From positions 6,909 through 70,908 of the forward strand of contig JAGVCA010000036.1 of NCBI GenBank assembly GCA_020059485.1: a stretch of DNA of 64,000 nt, read 5' to 3'. Source of the stretch: Anaerolineales bacterium. Its GTDB lineage: Bacteria; Chloroflexota; Anaerolineae; Anaerolineales; UBA11579. The notes under the pieces were generated by a model. That model was not told the origin of the DNA. It ran no database searches and saw nothing but the letters and a program-made list of their open reading frames with translations. Positions 26,687 to 36,168 of the stretch are shown here, piece by piece; the first letter of the stretch is position 1; every line of letters begins with the position of its first letter. The position numbers and the translations under genes were made by a program.

Positions 26687-27220
26687 TTGAAGCCCCCTGA
26701 GATCTTTGAAACCCACCGGCTTTCTCTTCGTCCACCCCAAATGAAGGATGCAGAAGCAGTTTTCCAAAACTATGCCCGGGATAAACTCGTCACCCGCTAC
26801 TTGCACTGGAACCCCCACGAAACCATCGAGCAGACCAAAACCTTCCTCAAGCGCTGTGTCCATGTCTGGCAGGCCGGGACAGCCTTCCCCTGGGTCATGA
26901 CGCTCAAGGACACCAGCGAAGTCATCGGGATGATCGAATTACGGATCGAAGAACACCGCGCCGACCTGGGTTATGTACTGGCTCGGGAGTACTGGGAGCA
27001 AGGCCTGGCCACCGAGGCCGCCAAACTGGTGATCGACTGGGCGATTGCCCAACCCGGCATCTTCCGAGTCTGGGCGGTCTGCGATGTCGACAACCACGGC
27101 TCAGCCCGGGTGCTGGAAAAGGCTGGCATGGAGCGGGAAGGCATCCTGCGCCGCTGGCTGTACCATCCCAATGTCGATAAGGAACCTCGGGACTGTTATT
27201 CTTATTCGATCGTCAAATAG
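26687..27220 (+). CDS. GNAT acetyltransferase, RimJ/RimL family
   Basis: ETHRLSLR, LGYVLAREYWEQGLATEA, N.GSARVLEKAGM..EG.LR. Confidence 0.92.
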   Translation: MKPPEIFETHRLSLRPPQMKDAEAVFQNYARDKLVTRYLHWNPHETIEQTKTFLKRCVHVWQAGTAFPWVMTLKDTSEVIGMIELRIEEHRADLGYVLAREYWEQGLATEAAKLVIDWAIAQPGIFRVWAVCDVDNHGSARVLEKAGMEREGILRRWLYHPNVDKEPRDCYSYSIVK

Positions 27221-27235
27221 ATCTTCCCGAAAAAA

Positions 27236-28489
27236 TTAAACCACCGGCATTTGCGGCAGCATGGCGTCTTTTTGTCTTCGCAACCACAGGATAGTGATCC
27301 CAAACAAACCCAGGGATATGATCGCACCTGTCACTGTCATGACGCTGAAACCAGTCCCGGCGTAGATCAAACCGCTGCCTAAACTGCCGATGGCTGACAC
27401 AAAACTGACCAGCAGGTCATTGAAGCCCTGCGTCTGGGTGCGTTCAGCCGGCCTGAGTTGATCAGATAATAGCGTTGAACCTCCGACATAGCAAAAATTC
27501 CAGCCCAAACCCAGCAGAAACAACGCCACCGCCAGCGGGAAGACCTGGCCAGACAAAGGAGCCAAAACGCAAGCCGCCACCAGAGTCCCCGCCCCGATCG
27601 CAATCACCTTGCCTCGGCCCAAGCTGTCTGTCAACCGACCAGAGATGATTGAGAACGCGTACATTCCTAAGGTGTGCGATGAGAAAACCAGAGAGATTGC
27701 GCTGAGTTCATGTTGGTGATTCCTCATATGCAATGATGTAATCACCATCACCATCACCATCACCAATTGTCCAAATACCATTGCCAGGATTGCCAGCCGG
27801 GTAGAGCTCTGCGCCAGGATAACGCTAATTGTCCGCTTTTCACCTGAATCCAGCATGGCTTCAGGATACATTTGACTAATTTGATCCCCAATCAGCTTCG
27901 GCTCCGGCCTCAGACCAAAGAAGACCACCAAGGCTGCCAGTATGAACAATACACTACCAAAAACATACGCGCCCCCCAACTCGCTTGCGCCGAACATCAC
28001 CGCCGCCTGGCCGGTCGGCCCCACCATCAGCGGGCCAAAAATCGCGCCTACCGTCCCACCCAGAACAACAGTGGAAACCGCTTTGCCGCGTGAAACCGGC
28101 GGATTCACCTCAGCGGCAGCAAACCGGCTGAGACTCATTGCCGCTGAACCCACTCCGATCAAGACCATCGAGAACAGGATCAGGGTCCAGGAATTGATCT
28201 GGATTGCCACGAAACTGAACGCACCACCCACCCCGCCGATCATCAGCCCTGCCGACAACCCGATCCGCCAGCCTGCTTTGGTGATCACATTTCCCCAGAC
28301 ATATGCTGCCAGTGCAATCGATACCAGATACACCGCAGCGGGGATCCCGGCCAAATTCTCCTGACCGCTGATCCGGGCACCAACGATCGCACTCAGCGTA
28401 GACATCGCAATCATCCCGGCAGAAAAAATGCTCTGGGTAATAAAAAGTAAAGTGGTGATCTTCCGGGAATTATTAGTCAAAGTCTCCAT
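27236..28489 (-). CDS. MFS transporter
   Basis: 12 hydrophobic segments; SRFAAAE, HTLGMY, GRLTDSLGR, GLGWNF. Start reassigned to ATG 28489 (GGAGGG RBS). Confidence 0.9.
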   Translation of the reverse strand: METLTNNSRKITTLLFITQSIFSAGMIAMSTLSAIVGARISGQENLAGIPAAVYLVSIALAAYVWGNVITKAGWRIGLSAGLMIGGVGGAFSFVAIQINSWTLILFSMVLIGVGSAAMSLSRFAAAEVNPPVSRGKAVSTVVLGGTVGAIFGPLMVGPTGQAAVMFGASELGGAYVFGSVLFILAALVVFFGLRPEPKLIGDQISQMYPEAMLDSGEKRTISVILAQSSTRLAILAMVFGQLVMVMVMVITSLHMRNHQHELSAISLVFSSHTLGMYAFSIISGRLTDSLGRGKVIAIGAGTLVAACVLAPLSGQVFPLAVALFLLGLGWNFCYVGGSTLLSDQLRPAERTQTQGFNDLLVSFVSAIGSLGSGLIYAGTGFSVMTVTGAIISLGLFGITILWLRRQKDAMLPQMPVV

Positions 28490-28703
28490 CTGAAGCCCTC
28501 CCAAATGATAGTTCACGCGGTTGATCTGTAATTCAGACAATTCTACTACGAATACTCCGGGCTCTTGGGTCGACACTCAAACCCTGGATGGTTTTTTTAG
28601 TACCGTAGTGAGGACCGCCATCCATTTGACTTTACACAACCGCCTCCTGTTTGTGTGCGACTCCGATTGGAATGTTATAATTAACCTGATCTCTGGAGGT
28701 TCA

Positions 28704-29345
28704 ATGGAAATTACCTGGTACGGACATTCTTGCTTTCGGATCACCGAACGCGGTATGGCAACTGTGGTCACAGACCCATACGATCATACCGTCATTGGCT
28801 ATTCCGAACTCTCTCTGCGGGCGGATATAGTCACCATCAGCCACAACGCTCCCGGACACAACCACATCGACGCCGTTAAAGGGGCCAAATGGCATCTGGA
28901 CGGACCCGGCGAATACGAGATCGGCGGCGTCTTCCTGACCGCCGTCCCGGTCGGCAATCACGACCAGAACGGCAACGGCCGTAACATGGTCTTCGTCTTT
29001 GACTACGACGGGATCACCGTCGGCCACCTCGGCGACCTGACCACCGTCCCCTCCCGCAAAGATGTTGAAGCTTTCGGCAATGTCGATATCCTGCTCGTCC
29101 CGGTGGGCGGCGGGAATAGCCTTCCGGCTGCCAAAGCGGCGGAAGTGGTCAACCTGATCGAACCTGGCATCGTTGTCCCGATGCACTACAATACCCCGGA
29201 AGTTAAAGCGAAACTGGATGGCCTCTCAGGCTTCCTTAAGCAGATCGGGATGAGCGACCAGGTCACCCCGGAGGAAAGTCTCAAGGTCAACGCCCGCGAG
29301 ATCCCGGAAGAGACCCGGGTGGTTGTCCTCAAATACAAACACTAA
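28704..29345 (+). CDS. MBL-fold metallo-hydrolase (Lactamase_B_3-like)
   Basis: MEITWYGHSCF, DPY, TISH...GH, GPGEYEIGG, HLGDL, VVPMHY; GGAGG RBS. Confidence 0.88.
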   Translation: MEITWYGHSCFRITERGMATVVTDPYDHTVIGYSELSLRADIVTISHNAPGHNHIDAVKGAKWHLDGPGEYEIGGVFLTAVPVGNHDQNGNGRNMVFVFDYDGITVGHLGDLTTVPSRKDVEAFGNVDILLVPVGGGNSLPAAKAAEVVNLIEPGIVVPMHYNTPEVKAKLDGLSGFLKQIGMSDQVTPEESLKVNAREIPEETRVVVLKYKH

Positions 29346-29363
29346 GACCGAAGGAGCGCCCGG

Positions 29364-29672
29364 ATGAGCGGCGAAGTCAAATTGATGATGACCTGGGATA
29401 TCCTGCCCGGCCGTGAAGAGGACTATTTCGAATTTCACATCCGGCAGTTTGTCCCCGCCCTGGAGAAGATGGGCCTTGTGCTGCACGAAGCCTGGCTGAC
29501 GCAGTATGGTGAACAACCGCGCTTGATGGTCGAAGCCCTCGTCCCCAGCCTGACCCGTGCCCGCAACATCCTGGTCTCAAATGATTGGGACCATCTCGGC
29601 ATGCTGCTCCAGGACCTGGTCGAAAACTTTGATTACAAGGTCGTCCCCAACCGCACCCGCTGGCAGATGTGA
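29364..29672 (+). CDS. Small hypothetical protein, dimeric alpha-beta-barrel-like
   Basis: AGGAG RBS; WDILPGREEDYFEF..AW.T.YG pattern. Confidence 0.7.
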   Translation: MSGEVKLMMTWDILPGREEDYFEFHIRQFVPALEKMGLVLHEAWLTQYGEQPRLMVEALVPSLTRARNILVSNDWDHLGMLLQDLVENFDYKVVPNRTRWQM

Positions 29673-29705
29673 TCCCGGCCTGCCGTCACCCTTTCGATCC
29701 TCTGC

Positions 29706-29735
29706 GAGGCCGGGTTAACCTGGCCTCTTTTATTT
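29706..29735 (+). terminator. Intrinsic terminator-like hairpin immediately upstream of mutY
   Basis: GAGGCCGGG-TTAA-CCTGGCCTC followed by TTTTATTT. Confidence 0.55.
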
Positions 29736-29739
29736 GAAC

Positions 29740-30810
29740 ATGCCAAACGCACTCTCAAACCAATTATTGTCCTGGTATGCCGATCACGGCCGCAGCCTGC
29801 CCTGGCGCGAACGCCCGGAACCGTATGCCGTCTGGATCTCCGAGATCATGGCCCAGCAAACCCGTCTGGAAACAGTGCTGCCCTACTACCGGCGCTGGAT
29901 GACCCTATTCCCGGACATCGCCACTCTGGCCGCCGCCAGCCAGCAGGATGTGCTCAACGCCTGGGAGGGGTTGGGGTACTACAGCCGGGCGCGCAATCTG
30001 CACAAAGCTGCTGGCATCGTGGTTCGCGAGCACGGCGGCCAACTCCCCGCAGACCCCACCCGCCTGCAATCCCTCCCCGGAATCGGCCGCTATACCGCCG
30101 GTGCGGTCGCCTCGATCGCCTTTGGCCGGGACGAACCAGTGGTGGACGGCAACGTCAAACGGGTCTACGCCCGGTTGTTTCTGGTCGAAGAACCAATCAA
30201 TACCCCTCAGGGAGAACAGGCCATCTGGTCGCTGGCCGCAGCGCATTTGCCGGCTGGCCAGGCGGGAAACTTCAACCAGGCGCTGATGGACCTCGGTGCG
30301 CTGGTCTGCTTGCCAAAACAGCCCGACTGTCCGGCCTGCCCGCTCAATGCCATCTGCCTGGCAGCCCAACAGGGCAAAACAGGCGCATATCCGCGTAAAA
30401 AGCCCCGCCCGGAGGTGCCCCATTACACCGTCACTGCCGCCGTCATCCGGGACCAACACGGCCAGGTACTGCTCACCCAGCGCCCGGAGAATGTCCTGCT
30501 CGGGGGGTTGTGGGAGTTCCCGGGTGGCAAACAGGAAGCGGGGGAAACCCTGAAATCCTGCCTGAAACGCGAGATCCGCGAGGAACTTGCATGTACAATA
30601 GATGTGCACGAAGCGCTGGGGATCTTCCGGCATGCCTACACCCACTTCAAAGTCACCCTACACGCCTTCCATGCCCGGCTCGCCACTGAGCGCTTTGAGC
30701 TTCTCTATCATCAGGCTGCCCGCTGGGTGCCGCCTGAATTACTGGATGAGTACCCGATGGGCAAGATCGACCGGATGATCGCCCGACAACTGCAGGACAA
30801 TACAGGCTGA
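29740..30810 (+). CDS. mutY: A/G-specific adenine glycosylase MutY with C-terminal Nudix domain
   Basis: LPWR, VWISEIMAQQT, WEGLGYYSRARNL, LPGIGRYTA, VDGNVKRV, C-x6-C-x2-C-x5-C. Confidence 0.96.
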   Translation: MPNALSNQLLSWYADHGRSLPWRERPEPYAVWISEIMAQQTRLETVLPYYRRWMTLFPDIATLAAASQQDVLNAWEGLGYYSRARNLHKAAGIVVREHGGQLPADPTRLQSLPGIGRYTAGAVASIAFGRDEPVVDGNVKRVYARLFLVEEPINTPQGEQAIWSLAAAHLPAGQAGNFNQALMDLGALVCLPKQPDCPACPLNAICLAAQQGKTGAYPRKKPRPEVPHYTVTAAVIRDQHGQVLLTQRPENVLLGGLWEFPGGKQEAGETLKSCLKREIREELACTIDVHEALGIFRHAYTHFKVTLHAFHARLATERFELLYHQAARWVPPELLDEYPMGKIDRMIARQLQDNTG

Positions 30811-30813
30811 CCG

Positions 30814-31128
30814 ATGGAATCTCCCCGCTTCCAACGCAATATCGAGGACTTCCGCTGCGAGCACTGCGGGCGGCTGGTGGAGGGCGACGGTTTCACCAAC
30901 CACTGCCCGGCCTGCCTGTGGAGCAAACATGTCGATATTCACCCCGGCGACCGGGCCGAGGAATGCGGCGGCCTGATGGAACCGGTGGCGGTCGAAAACC
31001 GCAAGGACGGCTACCGCCTGCTGTTCCGCTGTACCCGCTGCGGAGCCGAACGCTGGAACAAGACCCGCCCGGAGGATGATTTTCAGCGCCTGCTGGAGAT
31101 CGCCCGCGGGCAAGGCAGGGAACCATGA
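30814..31128 (+). CDS. RNHCP domain protein
   Basis: FRCEHCG...TNHCPACLWSKHVDIHPGDRAEECGGLMEP..RCTRCG. Confidence 0.9.
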   Translation: MESPRFQRNIEDFRCEHCGRLVEGDGFTNHCPACLWSKHVDIHPGDRAEECGGLMEPVAVENRKDGYRLLFRCTRCGAERWNKTRPEDDFQRLLEIARGQGREP

Positions 31129-31796
31129 ACGAGGAGAAATTCGCCCGTCAGCGCCATGAGATGGTCGCTGAACAGATCGAAGCCCGGCATCTGCGCGATC
31201 CCCGGCTGCTGGACGCCATGCGTCGTATCCCCCGGCATGCCTTCATCCCCCCGACCTACCACGACCTAGCCTATCAGGACCGCCCGGTGCTGATCGGCGA
31301 AAACCAGACCATCTCCCAGCCCTATATCGTTGCCCTGATGACCAACCTGCTGCAGCTGCAAGGCGAGGAGCGCGTGCTGGAGATCGGGACCGGTTCAGGT
31401 TACCAGGCCGCCATCCTGGCCGCCATGGCCCGCCAGGTATACACCATCGAACGTCATGAGCTACTGGCCGAAAGGGCGGCCGAGATCCTGGAAAAGTTGG
31501 GGATCAAAAATGTTGCCATCCGGCAAGGGGATGGCTCGCGCGGCTGGCCGGAAGAAGCACCCTTCGATGCCATCATGGTGACAGCCGCCGCCCCACGCGT
31601 GCCAAAACCGTTATCTGACCAACTCGCCGAGGGCGGGCGGATGGTGATTCCGGTCGGCCCGGCCGGAATGCAGCAGCTTGAGGTCTGGACCCGCCAGTCC
31701 GGTCAGCTCAAACAGGACGTGATCGTCCCAGTCTCGTTCGTACCCTTGCGCGGGGAATTCGGTTTCGAGGACGATTGGACCACAGGGATTTTATAG
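31125..31796 (+). CDS. pcm: Protein-L-isoaspartate O-methyltransferase
   Basis: QTISQPYIVA.M, VLEIGTGSGYQAAIL, GDGSRGWPEEAPFDAI.VTAA. Confidence 0.96.
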   Translation: MNEEKFARQRHEMVAEQIEARHLRDPRLLDAMRRIPRHAFIPPTYHDLAYQDRPVLIGENQTISQPYIVALMTNLLQLQGEERVLEIGTGSGYQAAILAAMARQVYTIERHELLAERAAEILEKLGIKNVAIRQGDGSRGWPEEAPFDAIMVTAAAPRVPKPLSDQLAEGGRMVIPVGPAGMQQLEVWTRQSGQLKQDVIVPVSFVPLRGEFGFEDDWTTGIL

Positions 31797-31830
31797 CCGG
31801 GCCAAAATTTGTCTCAACGTCCCTTCATAC

Positions 31831-32961
31831 CTAGGGTTCCTCACCAGCGTCAGATGTTAGCGCCCTGCGGATCTCCCCCCGCACCCAGTCATCTCCCTCC
31901 TCCCCCTCTGCCTTCTCCAACGCTCGCCGCCCCGTCTGCCCGCCGATCTGCCCCAGCGCCCAGGCGGCATGACCGCGCACCAGCGGTTCGTCATCCTGCA
32001 GCGCGGCCGCCAGTGCCGCTCCCGCCCCTTCCTCACCCCGGTTGCCCAGCGCCACTGCCGTGTTCCGCAGTAGTCCCCGCCGCTTGGCGCGTTTGATCGG
32101 GCTGCCCTGATACCGCCGGCTGAACGTCTCCGGCGTTAGGCGCAGCGTATCCACCGGCGGGTGGGCCGGCCGCGGCCGGAGAGCGGGATCGATCTCGTCC
32201 GGCGCAAACCGGTTCCACGGGCACACCTGCTGGCAGACATCGCAGCCGAACTGCCACTCGCCCATCAACCCCCGCAGGTCCGCCGGGATCTCGCCCTTGT
32301 TTTCGATCGTCAGGTACGAAATGCACCGGCCGGCATCCAGTGTGCGGTCCGGGCGGATGCAGGCCGTCGGGCAAGCCTCCAGACAGCGGGTGCAGCTGCC
32401 GCAATGATCACTCTCAAATTGTGCATCCGGCAGGAGATCGATCCCCAGCAGGATCTCGGCAAGCAGGAAGTACGATCCGGCCTGCGGGTGGATCAGCATG
32501 CTGTTCTTCCCGATCCAGCCCAGACCAGCCCGCCGTGCCAGGTCTCGCTCCAATACCGGGCCGGTGTCGGTGTACCAGCGGCTCGGGACTGGTTCGCCAA
32601 TGCGTTTTTCGAGGAAATCGACCAGGGCTGCCAGCCGCGGCACCAGCACATCGTGGTAATCATCCCCCTGAGCATATGCTGCCAGCCCGCCGCGCGCATC
32701 GCCCGCCGGCTGGTATGGGATCCCGAGCACCAGCACCGATCTGCATTCCGGCAGGATCGCCCGCAGATCTGCCCGGCGGGTAAGATTACGCTCCAATGCC
32801 AGGTAACCCATATCCGCGTGCCGGCCGGCTTGTACCCAGGCCGCAAAGCGCTGAAAACTCTCCGGCGGTTCAGCCGTGGTCACCCCCGCCAGCATGAACC
32901 CCAACCGGCGCGCTTCCGCGAGCAAGGCTTGTTTTAATTTTTCCTGCTCAGGTTGAACCAT
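31831..32961 (-). CDS. queG: Epoxyqueuosine reductase with C-terminal HEAT repeats
   Basis: YAQGDDYH, YTDTGPVLERDLA.RAGLGWIGKN, CGSCTRCLEACPT, CISYLTIE, FGCDVCQQVCPWN. Confidence 0.95.
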   Translation of the reverse strand: MVQPEQEKLKQALLAEARRLGFMLAGVTTAEPPESFQRFAAWVQAGRHADMGYLALERNLTRRADLRAILPECRSVLVLGIPYQPAGDARGGLAAYAQGDDYHDVLVPRLAALVDFLEKRIGEPVPSRWYTDTGPVLERDLARRAGLGWIGKNSMLIHPQAGSYFLLAEILLGIDLLPDAQFESDHCGSCTRCLEACPTACIRPDRTLDAGRCISYLTIENKGEIPADLRGLMGEWQFGCDVCQQVCPWNRFAPDEIDPALRPRPAHPPVDTLRLTPETFSRRYQGSPIKRAKRRGLLRNTAVALGNRGEEGAGAALAAALQDDEPLVRGHAAWALGQIGGQTGRRALEKAEGEEGDDWVRGEIRRALTSDAGEEP

Positions 32962-33953
32962 CAGGGCAGCTTCCAGGTAATGTAAGCAAGCTCCAGGGTC
33001 TGGACCTGGGAAATATCATCCGGTTTCAGGGCAACGACCCGGAAGCGGCCAATCCGCCCTTCACTGGTCTTGAAGCACACCCATTGCCCCACCAGGTCGC
33101 TGTCAACCTCGATTGGATCAGAGGTCAGGTCCGCACCCTCGCATGCACCGTAGGCTGGCTTATCCTCCCCCATCAATTCGAACACCGCCGTGTTTTCCGC
33201 CTCGATGCGCTTATCGTTGGCCGTCACCGCCCGGAAGGTGAAGTCTTCGATCCCGAGTGCCGGCGAAGCGCCGTCATCCAGATCGGCGTCAAAGGTTTGC
33301 TGGATCTGGAAACTGACCTTGCTGCTGAAGACCTCCGGCTCAACCACTTCGATCTCCGCCCAGAAACCGCCGACCGTGAAGATCACATCCTGATCGTTGC
33401 GCAGCTGCCACACACCGCGGTACACGCCGGGGGTTTCCGGCGCCACCAGATCGATCGAAATATCCACCTCAGAACCAGCGGGCACCGTCCCCTTGGTGAC
33501 TGGGGTGGAAGCCGGACCGCCCATCGCCGCGCCCTCATCAAACACCAGGTCGTAGGCCGTGTTCCAGTCGCACGTGCCCTCGTTCAGGATCCGCCAGGTC
33601 TTGGTGAAGGCTTCACCGGGCTGCATTTCCGTTCCGTCCGGGATGGTCACATCCCGGATAAAACCGGCCGCGTCGCAGGGGTCTGCTTTAGTGGTGGCCG
33701 ACGGCTGGGGGGTGGTCGTCGGGGCTAGAGTGATGGTCGGCGCACCGCCATTCGCGCTGGTGGACTGCGGTGCCGGCAGGGTCATCGCATTCACCGTCAT
33801 CTGGGCTTCCACCGTCTGCGCCGCCAGGGTCAACGCCCCGGTCCCGGGCTCCTCATTCACGCGGGCAGGCAGGTTGCAGCCGGCCAGCAGCACGATCAAC
33901 ACACCAGCGCTCAGGGGTTTCAGCCATTTCACCATTGCCAGGCTCCTTTTCAT
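32961..33953 (-). CDS. Lipoprotein with NBR1-like Ig domain
   Basis: LLAGC lipobox, Thr/Pro linker, FIRDVTIPDGT.M.PGE.FTKTWRILNEGTC.W...GVYRGVWQL. Confidence 0.85.
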   Translation of the reverse strand: MKRSLAMVKWLKPLSAGVLIVLLAGCNLPARVNEEPGTGALTLAAQTVEAQMTVNAMTLPAPQSTSANGGAPTITLAPTTTPQPSATTKADPCDAAGFIRDVTIPDGTEMQPGEAFTKTWRILNEGTCDWNTAYDLVFDEGAAMGGPASTPVTKGTVPAGSEVDISIDLVAPETPGVYRGVWQLRNDQDVIFTVGGFWAEIEVVEPEVFSSKVSFQIQQTFDADLDDGASPALGIEDFTFRAVTANDKRIEAENTAVFELMGEDKPAYGACEGADLTSDPIEVDSDLVGQWVCFKTSEGRIGRFRVVALKPDDISQVQTLELAYITWKLP

Positions 33954-34003
33954 CTCTGCTTGGTATTTTACACTACACTTCCAGGATCGTTATCCCAGAC
34001 GAC

Positions 34004-34681
34004 TTAAGACCGCCCGCACACCAGAAATGCCCCCGCCATGATCTCTAACAGAGGCAGGGCCTGATCATACACTTTCAGATCGGCGGCATCATCAAATACC
34101 AGGCTGTACGCCGAGATATTCTCACTCACCGTCAGCAGCAACGCCCCGAGCTGTACCGCCAGCAGATCGACTGCCGCCCGGTCCCCCGCATCTTCCTGCC
34201 AGCGCTGGTAGGCCGGCCGGTCCACCGGACTCCACACCGGATACTCATCTGAGATCGTATTGGCTACATGAATAACCCCGTTCAGCCGTTGACCGAAGGC
34301 ATCCACCGCTACCGGTTTCCCGCGCCAATAAGGCGTCCGCTCTACAAAGAACTTTACCGCTGGATGGGCGGTCAGCCTGAGCCGGGCATCTTCGGGGAGT
34401 GAGGCAACCGCCAAAGATACCATCTGGTCTGCGCCAACCGGCTCGACCAGCGCGACCCGCACACTCCCGTTCTCCCGGGAAAGGACCTCTCCGGCACCAT
34501 CCCGCACCAGGATGGTGGTCAGGCCGTGCTCGGCTGCCAGGACTGTATAGATCTGACTGAAAGCCCGCCACCACAGAAAGAATTTCTCCACTCCTTCCCG
34601 GCCGTCGCGCCGCGGCTTCATTCTCTCGGCTGATTCGATCATGGCATACGCCATCGGCAGCTGGCTGCGTTTGAATTTCAT
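34004..34681 (-). CDS. Hypothetical protein, possibly a degenerate Apea-like HEPN domain
   Basis: EKFFLWWRAFSQIY N-terminal helix pattern; no RxxxxH motif. Start ATG 34681 with GGAGG. Confidence 0.5.
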   Translation of the reverse strand: MKFKRSQLPMAYAMIESAERMKPRRDGREGVEKFFLWWRAFSQIYTVLAAEHGLTTILVRDGAGEVLSRENGSVRVALVEPVGADQMVSLAVASLPEDARLRLTAHPAVKFFVERTPYWRGKPVAVDAFGQRLNGVIHVANTISDEYPVWSPVDRPAYQRWQEDAGDRAAVDLLAVQLGALLLTVSENISAYSLVFDDAADLKVYDQALPLLEIMAGAFLVCGRS

Positions 34682-34767
34682 CAGAACACCTCCCGGTTTG
34701 GCCACCACCCTGATTAAAGCACGAAATCCGCCTGCGCGGATCCCGATCTCTGCCCTCTTCGCCCCGA

Positions 34768-35556
34768 TCAGCGCACGCGGCGGCGCCATTCATCCTTCAG
34801 CTGCAGCTGACTCATGCTCTGCCCTGAAGGCAGGTCGAGGAAATCGTTCATCAGCCGGTGGAACTTGTTGGGCTGGTCGAGCATCGGAAAGTGTCCGGAT
34901 TCATCGAACACGATCTGATGCGCCATACCCGGCAGATTGCCGTTGTCACCCAGGTTCGGGGCTTCGATCAGCGGGTCGCGCAGGCCGTGCACCAGCAGCG
35001 ATGCCGTGGTGGTTTGCTTGACGATCTCGGACAGGTTAATATAATTCAGCTCATCGAAGGAGGTCGCAATCGCGGCCGGATCGGTCTTGTTGGCCTCACT
35101 GCGGGCAGCCTCGCCGCCGGATTTGGTATCCACCACCCGGGCTGCCATCTCCACCGGGTCCAGCGTACCGGCCTTTTCGGCCAGCCCGCGACCGTTGGTC
35201 GGGATCGAGACCACCATCGCCCGGTCAACCACATACGCATGTTTGGAGGCAAACAGCAGCGCCACCACCGCCCCCAGACCGTGCCCCACCAGCGCCACTT
35301 TCCCGATCCCCATCGCATTCATAAACTTATCCAGCAGCACAGTCTGCTCTTCCAGAGAATAATTCACCGTTTCCTTAGCGCTTTCTCCAAAGCCCCATAG
35401 GTCAAAGGCATACGCCCGGTAATTTTGGGACGCGGCCTGCATTGCCGGGATCCAGTACCGCCAGGACCCGATCCAGGAGTGCAGAAAGATGATCGGCTTG
35501 CCCCGGCCGAGCACCTCGTAATGGACCATCTTTTCATCTATGATGATCGCGCTCAT
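34768..35556 (-). CDS. Alpha/beta hydrolase-fold protein lacking the catalytic Ser
   Basis: HSWIGS, FDLWGFGES, nucleophile elbow GHGLGA (Ser to Gly); Asp and His retained. Confidence 0.88.
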   Translation of the reverse strand: MSAIIIDEKMVHYEVLGRGKPIIFLHSWIGSWRYWIPAMQAASQNYRAYAFDLWGFGESAKETVNYSLEEQTVLLDKFMNAMGIGKVALVGHGLGAVVALLFASKHAYVVDRAMVVSIPTNGRGLAEKAGTLDPVEMAARVVDTKSGGEAARSEANKTDPAAIATSFDELNYINLSEIVKQTTTASLLVHGLRDPLIEAPNLGDNGNLPGMAHQIVFDESGHFPMLDQPNKFHRLMNDFLDLPSGQSMSQLQLKDEWRRRVR

Positions 35557-35568
35557 CCCAATCCCGTC

Positions 35569-36168
35569 TTACTTGTTGGTCCGATCCTTGTCATCCCGAT
35601 CCAGCCAGCTTGGCCGTCTCGGTGGCCATGTGCTGGCTGGTTTTTCACCGGCCGGTCTGTCGCTGGCCGTTCTGTCGCTTCCCGGCGGGGTACTCGACGG
35701 AGGGCTGGCCGGCGGATCGCCTGCCGGTGGCCTGCTGGAAATCGGGCCGCCCTGCCCTGGTTGGGGCTGAGATGAGCTGGCCGCCGCAGGTTTGCCTTTG
35801 TGCTTTTCCAGGATCTCGGCCACCTTGGCGGTCAGTTCCATCGGCGCAAAAGGCTTGAGGATATATTCCACCGCGCCCGCCTCCAGCCCGGCTGAGACCT
35901 CCGATTCCTGCCCCTTGGCGGACAGGAACACCACCGGCACCGGTTTCAGCGTATCGATCTCTTTCATCAGCCGGCAGGCCTCATACCCGGTCATGCGCGG
36001 CATGCGCACATCCATCATGATCAGGTCCGGAATGATCTCCTGGGCTTTTTCGAATGCCTCTTCACCGTTGCTGGTCGCCACCACATCATGCCCCGCAAAT
36101 CGCAGCGTCAGGGAGATCAGGTCTCGGATATCACGTTCGTCTTCTGCAATCAGAATCTTGGCCATCAT
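35569..36168 (-). CDS. Response regulator receiver with Pro/Ser-rich tail
   Basis: ILIAEDE, PDLIMMDVRMP.MTG, FLSAK, YILKPF. Confidence 0.93.
   Translation of the reverse strand: MMAKILIAEDERDIRDLISLTLRFAGHDVVATSNGEEAFEKAQEIIPDLIMMDVRMPRMTGYEACRLMKEIDTLKPVPVVFLSAKGQESEVSAGLEAGAVEYILKPFAPMELTAKVAEILEKHKGKPAAASSSQPQPGQGGPISSRPPAGDPPASPPSSTPPGSDRTASDRPAGEKPASTWPPRRPSWLDRDDKDRTNK

Noticed and set aside
28577-28655. Possible leader mini-ORF upstream of the MFS gene (AGGAGG followed by GTG-TAA or a TTG-start 20-mer)
   Set aside because: The start spacing is ambiguous and nothing else supports it without conservation data.
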